The notes beneath the pieces were generated by a model, which worked only from the letters and a program-made list of their open reading frames with translations, searched no databases and was not told the DNA's origin. Shown here in pieces: positions 57,618-64,000 of a DNA stretch of 64,000 bases. The position numbers were made by a program, and so were the translations under genes. The stretch is from Trueperaceae bacterium (GTDB lineage: Bacteria > Deinococcota > Deinococci > Deinococcales > Trueperaceae): the NCBI GenBank assembly GCA_965213925.1, contig OZ243927.1, forward strand, positions 960,001 through 1,024,000, in the 5' to 3' direction. Each line of letters starts with the position of its first letter. The stretch's first letter is position 1.

Positions 57618-58654
57618 CCACACCTTCTTGGCAGGGTGCCAAACGCATCCTCGCCGTGCGTTTGGATAACATGGGCGACGTGGTGATGACGGGTCCCGCC
57701 TTACGCGCGGTTAAAGAAACCTCCCCGGACGTTCACCTCACCCTCTTGGCGAGCCCCGCCGGGGCCAAGACCGCGCCGCTTTTACCTTGGGTGGACGAGG
57801 TCGTTCCTTGGCGCACGCTGTGGCAGGACCTGGGGCGCTTAGAGTTCAGTCCGCAGCGCGAACTGGACTTCATCGACCTCTTGCGCTGTGGGCGCTTCGA
57901 CGCCGCCATAGTCTTCACCTCTTTTAAGCAGACGCCGCACCCGGCTGCGTACGCCTGCTACCTCGCGGGCATACCCCTGCGCGTCGGCGAGTCCAAGGAG
58001 TGGGGCGGCGGCGTTTTGAGCCACGCGGTCACGCCGCTGCCCGACACGGCGCATCAGGTGGAGCGGAACCTGCACCTCGTTGAAGCTGTAGGGTTTCACG
58101 CTGAAGATAGGCAGTTGGGGGTTAGCATCCCGAATGGAGCCGAGGGGAACGCCCGCTCACTCCTCAGCGAACCCTACCTCTTGCTCAATCCCTGGACGAG
58201 CTGCCCTTCGCGCAACTACGACCTTCACCGCTTCGCCGACGCTGCCCTCACGCTCTCTACAGAAACAGGTCTACCTATCGCCGTCACAGGCGTCGAGAAA
58301 GACCGCGAGCGCAGCCAACCTCTTTTTGACGCGCTAGGAGAACGCGCCCGCGACCTCATGGGCAAGACCGACCTGCCGACGCTCGCCGCACTCGTGCAGG
58401 ACGCTGCGCTCATTTTGACCAACAACACTTCGGTGATGCACCTCGCCGACGCTACGCGCGCGCCCCTCGTCGTGCTGTTCGCGGGAACCGAGTTGCCATG
58501 TCAGTGGCAGCCCAGGGCGACGCGCTTTCGGCTCCTGCACCGCGTGACCTCGTGTAGACCCTGCTACGCCTTCGAGTGTCCTTACAACTTGGAATGTTTG
58601 GACATCCCCCCACATGAGGTCGTGGCGGCAGGGCGAGCACTTCTTGCGTTGTGA
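57614..58654 (+). CDS. Glycosyltransferase family 9
   Basis: RLDNMGDVVMT, NNTSVMHLA, CRPC...CP...C. Confidence 0.92.
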   Translation: MTTPSWQGAKRILAVRLDNMGDVVMTGPALRAVKETSPDVHLTLLASPAGAKTAPLLPWVDEVVPWRTLWQDLGRLEFSPQRELDFIDLLRCGRFDAAIVFTSFKQTPHPAAYACYLAGIPLRVGESKEWGGGVLSHAVTPLPDTAHQVERNLHLVEAVGFHAEDRQLGVSIPNGAEGNARSLLSEPYLLLNPWTSCPSRNYDLHRFADAALTLSTETGLPIAVTGVEKDRERSQPLFDALGERARDLMGKTDLPTLAALVQDAALILTNNTSVMHLADATRAPLVVLFAGTELPCQWQPRATRFRLLHRVTSCRPCYAFECPYNLECLDIPPHEVVAAGRALLAL

Positions 58655-58698
58655 GGTGACAACGGAAAAGCGAACCGGGACAGTTCCTGTAGATACAC

Positions 58699-58745
58699 AA
58701 ACAGAGAAACCGCTCGGAGCTACTACCGAGCGGTTTCTCTGTTTT
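58699..58745. terminator. Bidirectional terminator between the GT operon and tRNA
   Basis: AAACAGAGAAACCGCTCGG...CCGAGCGGTTTCTCTGTTT. Confidence 0.88.
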
Positions 58746-58772
58746 CACCGTCTCTGACGGTTTTTCTTCTAA

Positions 58773-58846
58773 TCGGGGTGACAGGATTTGAACCTGCGAC
58801 CACTTGACCCCCAGTCAAGTGCGCTACCAGGCTGCGCTACACCCCG
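58773..58846 (-). tRNA. tRNA-Pro(GGG), CCA not encoded
   Basis: CGGGGTG acceptor stem, TGGTA D-loop, CTTGA-CTGGGGG-TCAAG anticodon arm, GGTTCAAATCC T-arm. Confidence 0.97.
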
Positions 58847-58861
58847 AAGCGTGCGCCCAAC

Positions 58862-58891
58862 AGTCTACACGTTCTCACGAGGCTCTGTCAA
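58862..58891 (-). promoter_or_regulatory. Sigma70-type promoter of tRNA-Pro
   Basis: TTGACA-18 nt-TAGACT. Confidence 0.75.
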
Positions 58892-59023
58892 ACTGAGGGG
58901 TACCTCGAGCGCCGCTTACGTGGACTACACGGAAAAAGAGTGAAGGAGCGGCGTTTTTCTCCGTTCTAGGTTTCGGTATCTTTCCCTGACTTTTTGCACA
59001 ACTCTGAGCCGCTACAATGCCTC

Positions 59024-59635
59024 ATGGCAGAAGGCGACGAATTACTCGATGTGCTCACCGAAGACGGTCTACTCACCGGAAGGAGCAAGCGCCGCGCTGA
59101 GGTTCACCGCGACGGCGACTGGCACCGGAGTTTCCACTTGTGGATTGTGAAAGAGGGGCGCTACGTGCTCTTTCAGAGGCGCTCGAGCCTCAAAGACCTA
59201 GAACCTAACAAAATCGACGTCACCGTAGGCGGACACTTTGCAGCAGGGGAGACCTTGCGAGAGGTGCTTAGAGAGCCTCTCGAGGAGTTGGGCTTAGACC
59301 TCAGCCCCAGAGACATCTCATACCTCAGCACGCGCAAGGCGGAGCGGTTCTACGAGGATAAGATCGACCGCGAGTTTCAAGAGGTCTACGTGATGCGCGA
59401 CGACAGGAGGCTCGAGGACTACGGGCTGAACCGCGCCGAGGTCTACGCGCTTTACGAAGTGCCGCTAGCGCGGGCAATTCGGCTCTACCAAGAAGGGGAG
59501 AGCGTCGCGGCGGCAGGCTTCGACGCTTACGGGCGCGAGAACAACGCCCTCCTGGTCACGGCTGACCTTATAGGGCGGGCGAGGGAGGATGTAGCGGCGA
59601 CGTTAGAGGAGATACAGCGCTGGTTAGAGAGCTGA
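59024..59635 (+). CDS. NUDIX hydrolase (IDI-like)
   Basis: VHRDGDWHRSFH, QRRS..K...P, GGHFAAGE.....REPLEELG. Confidence 0.88.
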   Translation: MAEGDELLDVLTEDGLLTGRSKRRAEVHRDGDWHRSFHLWIVKEGRYVLFQRRSSLKDLEPNKIDVTVGGHFAAGETLREVLREPLEELGLDLSPRDISYLSTRKAERFYEDKIDREFQEVYVMRDDRRLEDYGLNRAEVYALYEVPLARAIRLYQEGESVAAAGFDAYGRENNALLVTADLIGRAREDVAATLEEIQRWLES

Positions 59636-60730
59636 GGGGTCTTTTGGGGTGTCTGTGCCAGGTCCCGCCTCGGAAGGGGCGGTGCCCGGTTCCTTTGAGC
59701 GCAGCAGCGTGCCCCCTAGCGCCGGTCCGATAAGAAAGAACACGTAGTAGTTAAACACGCGCCAAACGACGAGCGCAGGCGCAACTTGCGCGGCGTCCGT
59801 CTGCAGCTCGAACAGCGAGAGCGTCGCAAATTCTATATAGCCGCTGCCGCCCGGCGTCGGTATAATAAAAGAGGTCACAGACGCTACAAGCACCGTCGCG
59901 ACGGTGAGTAAGAGGTCAAGCTCAGCGCCTAAACTCGCCGCGACGACATAAAAGACCGCGTAGTTGCTGAGGTGTAAGGGCGCGGTCACGGCGAGCAGCA
60001 GGGGTTGGACGGAGGGACGCCGCGATACGAGCGCCGTCGCTTCGTTCAGCTTGCCGAATGAGGCGAGCACGCCCTCTTGGTAGCGCTTTAGAAAGGGGAG
60101 AGCGAAAAGCCCCTCGAGTACAGGTTCCAGCCACGCCAAGCGGTACGCGAGCAAGTACCAAAACCCGAGAAAGGCGACGCTCAGCGCGAGCGCGGGGAGG
60201 AGCAGGGAGTCCGCTGGCAAGCCCACGTTCGTGCTCAGTAGGAGCAAGGCTAAAGGGACGGTCGAGCCAAAGAAGAAGAGGTCTAAAATAGCGGTATAGA
60301 GCGTAATAGACCACGCTTTAGGTGCGTCTAACCCGTCGCGAATCAGCGCGAGTCCCATCACCGGCATCTGTCCGCTGCCCCCCGGCGTCACGAGGTCGCT
60401 GAAACGCCCGAGCAAGTAGGCGCGGAGCCCCTGCCAGAGGCTGAGTGACGCGCCGCTTACGCGCGCCAGGACGCGGAGGCGCACCGCGCCGCATAAGAAG
60501 TTGACCAGGACTAAAACGGTGCTCAAGAGGAGCGCCGGGACAGGAACGTTAAGTGCAGCTCGCAGCTCGCCTACGTCCCCCAACCAGAAGAGCGCCGCGC
60601 CCAGCCCACCCAGGCTCAGCAGCGCGGACAGGGCGAGCGTCCCCGCTAGGCGGATGAGGGCTCCTTGCGCGGAAGCAGCGCGCGTCCGCGCTGAGGAGCG
60701 CGCATACAAAAACGCTCGATGAGGGCGCAC
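59624..60730 (-). CDS. Lysylphosphatidylglycerol-synthase-like TM (UPF0104 flippase-like) protein; start uncertain
   Basis: VTPGGSGQ, PTPGGSG.IE, LVVWR; many TM helices. Confidence 0.82.
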   Translation of the reverse strand: MRPHRAFLYARSSARTRAASAQGALIRLAGTLALSALLSLGGLGAALFWLGDVGELRAALNVPVPALLLSTVLVLVNFLCGAVRLRVLARVSGASLSLWQGLRAYLLGRFSDLVTPGGSGQMPVMGLALIRDGLDAPKAWSITLYTAILDLFFFGSTVPLALLLLSTNVGLPADSLLLPALALSVAFLGFWYLLAYRLAWLEPVLEGLFALPFLKRYQEGVLASFGKLNEATALVSRRPSVQPLLLAVTAPLHLSNYAVFYVVAASLGAELDLLLTVATVLVASVTSFIIPTPGGSGYIEFATLSLFELQTDAAQVAPALVVWRVFNYYVFFLIGPALGGTLLRSKEPGTAPSEAGPGTDTPKDPSAL

Positions 60731-61740
60731 GCGGCGGCGTTGCCGGGCTCGAAAGGTCGCGGTTTAAGGTCGGGCAAGCTCGCGATAAAGCTCTCTACGT
60801 CCGCCTTTTTGAGCGTACGCCCGTAGCAAGCGTGACCGAGCTTGTGTCGCTCCAACAAGAGCGCGTTCAAGGTCTGCTCGAAAAACTTGCGGTTAGGGTG
60901 AACCAAGAGCGGCTTGCCCAGAAAGAGCGCCTCGCTGATGAGGTTAAAGCCCGCCGTGCAGACCACGCCACGACAGCCGGCCAAATCCTCCTCGAACGTT
61001 CCGGCTGCGGGACGCTTGAGGAGGACGTTCGGGGGAACCGAAGAGGGCGGGCGGCTCGAGCTATACACGACAAACGGGTGGTTGACCCCTCCGAGCATCC
61101 TCAGCAAGCCCTCGATATCCTCGTGGTTGTAGTAGACCAAAAGATAGTCGCCCTTCTGGGTCGTTTTGTCGGTGACGGAGGTGCGCACCACGGGGGAGAC
61201 GGGTGTGGCGCGCCTGGGGTGTTTAAGCTCGAGGGGCGAAAAGGTCGGCAGCAGGATATGTTCGGGGTTTTTAGGCGCGAGGTAGCGCACCGCCGCCCTT
61301 GTCAGGAGGGCTGAGCTGCGGTACCTATAGGGCAGCGCGTAACGCGCCTCGGTCACCACTTGCTGGCGGTTCAGGGCGACGACGGGTAGCCTCATAAGCT
61401 CGGCGGCGAGCGTCGCGAAGGGCTCGAAGTCGCTGATGAGCAGGTCGGGCTTGTACGCCCCTAGCGTGTCCACGAGGCGGGACACGTCAAAGCCGAGCGC
61501 AAAGGGTCTAAGGTTGCGCAGCACCGTCCGGGCGAAACTGCCTCTGTTGTTATGGATGACCTGCTCCAAAGCGGGCACCTCGACCACGCGCTCGCCCCTG
61601 TTTTCCAAGGAAGTCTTAACCGCGCCGCCACAACAGAACATAACCTCATGACCGCGCTGCCGTAACGTATCCGACACGGCGAGCGCCCTGGACGCGTGAC
61701 CCCGCCCGCCGCTATTAAAGGCGTAGATGAGCGTCGCCAC
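60646..61740 (-). CDS. GT-B glycosyltransferase (MJ1255/GT28-like)
   Basis: GRGHASRA, LISDFEP, TAGFNLISEALFLGKP, FEQ.LNA. Confidence 0.85.
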   Translation of the reverse strand: MATLIYAFNSGGRGHASRALAVSDTLRQRGHEVMFCCGGAVKTSLENRGERVVEVPALEQVIHNNRGSFARTVLRNLRPFALGFDVSRLVDTLGAYKPDLLISDFEPFATLAAELMRLPVVALNRQQVVTEARYALPYRYRSSALLTRAAVRYLAPKNPEHILLPTFSPLELKHPRRATPVSPVVRTSVTDKTTQKGDYLLVYYNHEDIEGLLRMLGGVNHPFVVYSSSRPPSSVPPNVLLKRPAAGTFEEDLAGCRGVVCTAGFNLISEALFLGKPLLVHPNRKFFEQTLNALLLERHKLGHACYGRTLKKADVESFIASLPDLKPRPFEPGNAAACALIERFCMRAPQRGRALLPRKEPSSA

Positions 61741-61987
61741 CTACCGCTTGACTGCTTGTATAGTCACCTGCATAACGGTTCGCACAGTTCCCCCCGAGAG
61801 ATAAGAGGTATAGAGCACGTCGCTACGCAAGTCGGCTTTTTACCTCTTGCTTATCATCCACCGTAATGCGTGCTAAGAACTAGGGAGCACGGCGCAATTG
61901 TGAGCAGGTTGCTCCGTAGAGGATTCGCGCCCATAGAACGAGGCTCGAGCTAAAAGAAGCCGCAGCAAAGACGCCTGGAACCCAACG

Positions 61988-62015
61988 AAAAGGGGAGAAG
62001 GTCAACCCTCCTCCC
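61988..62015 (-). terminator. Terminator after rnj
   Basis: GGGAGGAGGG-ttga-CCTTCTCCC then TTTT on the minus strand. Confidence 0.7.
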
Positions 62016-62045
62016 GCTCGTCTCCGACATGCGTGTTCTCTAAAT

Positions 62046-63725
62046 TCAGCCCTCGATGACGGTTGGCACAATCAGCGGATTGCGCCCCGTCGCCTTGCGC
62101 AAGTAGCGCCTGACCGGGTAGAAGATGTCGTCGCGGATGTCGGATAAGTTGCGCTTCTCGCGCACGCCCTTTTGCAAGCCCTCCAACGCGATCCGCTCGA
62201 CCTCGCCGTTGAGTTCCTTTTGATTCTGCGCGACGCCGCGGCTGATGACCTCGACGGACGGACTGCGCCCCGCGAGCGCCATGATGACCACGACGCCCTC
62301 GTTCGAGAGCGTCTGCCTATCGCGAATCACGGGCTCGGTAATCTCCTCGCCCTGCTTGCCCATCGAGTCGATATAGATGATGCCCGAGTCGATCTGCCCG
62401 ACGCGCTTGAGGTCGTCGCGGGTAAGTTCTAACACGTCTCCGTTCTCCGCGATGAGGCTCTTCTCCGGCGGGTTCGCCATGCCGTGCGCCAGCTTCTGGT
62501 GATTTTTTTGGTGGCGCACCTCGCCGTGCCAGGGGATGAAAAACTTGGGGCGCGTCAAGTCGAGGATGAGTTTAAGCTCCTCTTGCGAGGCGTGACCTGA
62601 AGCGTGCACCTTGTAGGCGGGCGGGTAAAAGACGTTGACATCTCTTGCGTAGAGCTGGTTGATCACGCGCCCGACCGCCTCCTCGTTGCCAGGAATTGGA
62701 TTGGAGGACATGACAATCGTATCGCCCGGTTGCAGGTTGATCTTGCGGTGACTACCCGAAGCGAGGCGCGACAAAGCCGCCATCGGCTGACCCTGCGAAC
62801 CCGTGCACAAAAAGAGTACCTTGTCGTCGGCGAGGTTTTGCATGTCGTCGGTGCTGACTAAAGGCTGCTTGACCTCCAAGTAGCCCAACTCTTGCGCGAT
62901 GCGCGTGTTCTTGATCATCGAGCGACCCTCGATGACCACGCGGCGGTCGTACTTCTCCGCGACGCGGATGAAGTTTTGCAGGCGGTGGACGTGTGACGAG
63001 AAGGTCGTGACGATGACGCGCCCGCTCGCTTTAGAGACCAACTCATCCACCGCGTTCATCACGTCGCGCTCCGAGGGTGTGTAACCGGGACGTTCGGCGT
63101 TGGTCGAGTCCGAGATGAGCGCCAAAACACCCTCTTGCCCGGCTTGCGCCAGCTTGTGCAGGTGGCTCGTCTTGCCGTCGGCGGGGTTGTAGTCCAATTT
63201 GAAGTCGCCCGAGTGGACGATGCGCCCGATGGGGGTGTGCACGATGAGCCCCGAGTTGTCGGGAATCGAGTGCGTCATGCGGAAGAAGTCCACCGTGAAG
63301 TACTTGCTGACCTTGATGCGGTCATCCGTGGAGATTTCGCGCAAGTCCACGTCGCTCTCGCGCAGCTTGAACTCGTCGAACTTGCCGCGCAGGAGACCCA
63401 AGGTCAACTTCGCGCCGTACATCGGAATTTTCGGCAAGAGCTTGAGCATGTAGGGCAGTCCGCCGATGTGGTCTTCGTGCCCGTGCGTCAAGACCCAGCC
63501 TTTGATCTTGTGAGCGTTCTCCACGACCCAGTCGATTTTTGGGACCAAGATATCGACGCCCAACATGTCGGCGTCGGGGAAGGCTAAGCCGCCGTCGATC
63601 ATGAGGATTTCGTCCTCGTATTCGAAGGCGAACATGTTCTTGCCGATTTCGCCCATCCCGCCGATTGGGATGATGCGCAAAGCTTTTTGGTTGGTTGATT
63701 TCTGTTTGCTTTTGCTGCGGCTCAT
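62046..63725 (-). CDS. rnj: Ribonuclease J
   Basis: GGMGEIGKNM, THGHEDHIG, HSIPD, GDFK, TGSQGQP, HASGH. Confidence 0.97.
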   Translation of the reverse strand: MSRSKSKQKSTNQKALRIIPIGGMGEIGKNMFAFEYEDEILMIDGGLAFPDADMLGVDILVPKIDWVVENAHKIKGWVLTHGHEDHIGGLPYMLKLLPKIPMYGAKLTLGLLRGKFDEFKLRESDVDLREISTDDRIKVSKYFTVDFFRMTHSIPDNSGLIVHTPIGRIVHSGDFKLDYNPADGKTSHLHKLAQAGQEGVLALISDSTNAERPGYTPSERDVMNAVDELVSKASGRVIVTTFSSHVHRLQNFIRVAEKYDRRVVIEGRSMIKNTRIAQELGYLEVKQPLVSTDDMQNLADDKVLFLCTGSQGQPMAALSRLASGSHRKINLQPGDTIVMSSNPIPGNEEAVGRVINQLYARDVNVFYPPAYKVHASGHASQEELKLILDLTRPKFFIPWHGEVRHQKNHQKLAHGMANPPEKSLIAENGDVLELTRDDLKRVGQIDSGIIYIDSMGKQGEEITEPVIRDRQTLSNEGVVVIMALAGRSPSVEVISRGVAQNQKELNGEVERIALEGLQKGVREKRNLSDIRDDIFYPVRRYLRKATGRNPLIVPTVIEG

Positions 63726-63902
63726 AAAGCTCCTTTGGTGCCGCACGGTAGGCGCATGTGTCTAAAGTTATAGTGCAGAAAGCAAAAGGTTAAGACACGC
63801 GCCGGATGCGACCCCTCGTGTGACGCTCGAGGGAAGCGGTAGTGCAGAGGTCTGACCCCTGCTATTGAATTGACTAATGCTAGTCGACGCTACTGCCGTG
63901 AA

Positions 63903-64000
63903 TCAGCGGCGGTTGCGGTCTCCACCTCTGTCACCGCGGTTGTCGCCACGACCACCGGAACGCTCACCGCGACCTCCGCCACGGTTGCCACCCCCGCGAT
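63903..64000 (-). CDS. 3' end of a gene with an RG/D-rich tail, probably PNPase
   Basis: Reads RGGGNRGGGRGERSGGRGDNRGDRGGDRNRR*; identity inferred only from recalled pnp-rnj adjacency in Thermus. Confidence 0.5.
   Translation of the reverse strand, partial: RGGGNRGGGRGERSGGRGDNRGDRGGDRNRR

Noticed and set aside
43104..58654. Labelling the cluster as an LPS core (waa/rfa) locus
   Set aside because: No waaA, waaL, hldD or lipid A genes in the window, and the inferred lineage lacks LPS.

Overview
GC-rich bacterial chromosome segment, most likely from Deinococcota (Trueperaceae-like). The evidence is DUF3208, Thermus c552-like domains, a probable pnp-rnj pair, and many genes with a TAnnnT -10 box 5-8 nt before the start codon (leaderless architecture). 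In order, it holds: degV and comM; a Bacillus-type caa3 oxidase operon whose subunit IV is fused to two cytochrome c552-like domains; pccB; glgE with treS-mak and a second treS; a three-gene secreted cohesin/dockerin module with an apparently inactive matrixin; a sugar ABC importer with a GH63 glycosylglycerate hydrolase; a cysteine-free family-4 UDG; dtd; a stack of IS630-derived elements and an intact IS982; a frameshifted bamA-like gene; a candidate anti-SD sRNA; punA-yggS; a 15.5 kb NDP-heptose/glycosyltransferase cluster (GmhA fusion, GmhB, HldE, five GT9) next to tRNA-Pro; and rnj. The best candidates for undescribed systems are the heptose cluster in a lineage without LPS, the cohesin-dockerin-pseudoprotease trio, the CoxIV-(c552)2 fusion and the sRNA. 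All calls come from reading motifs by eye; no database searches were run.
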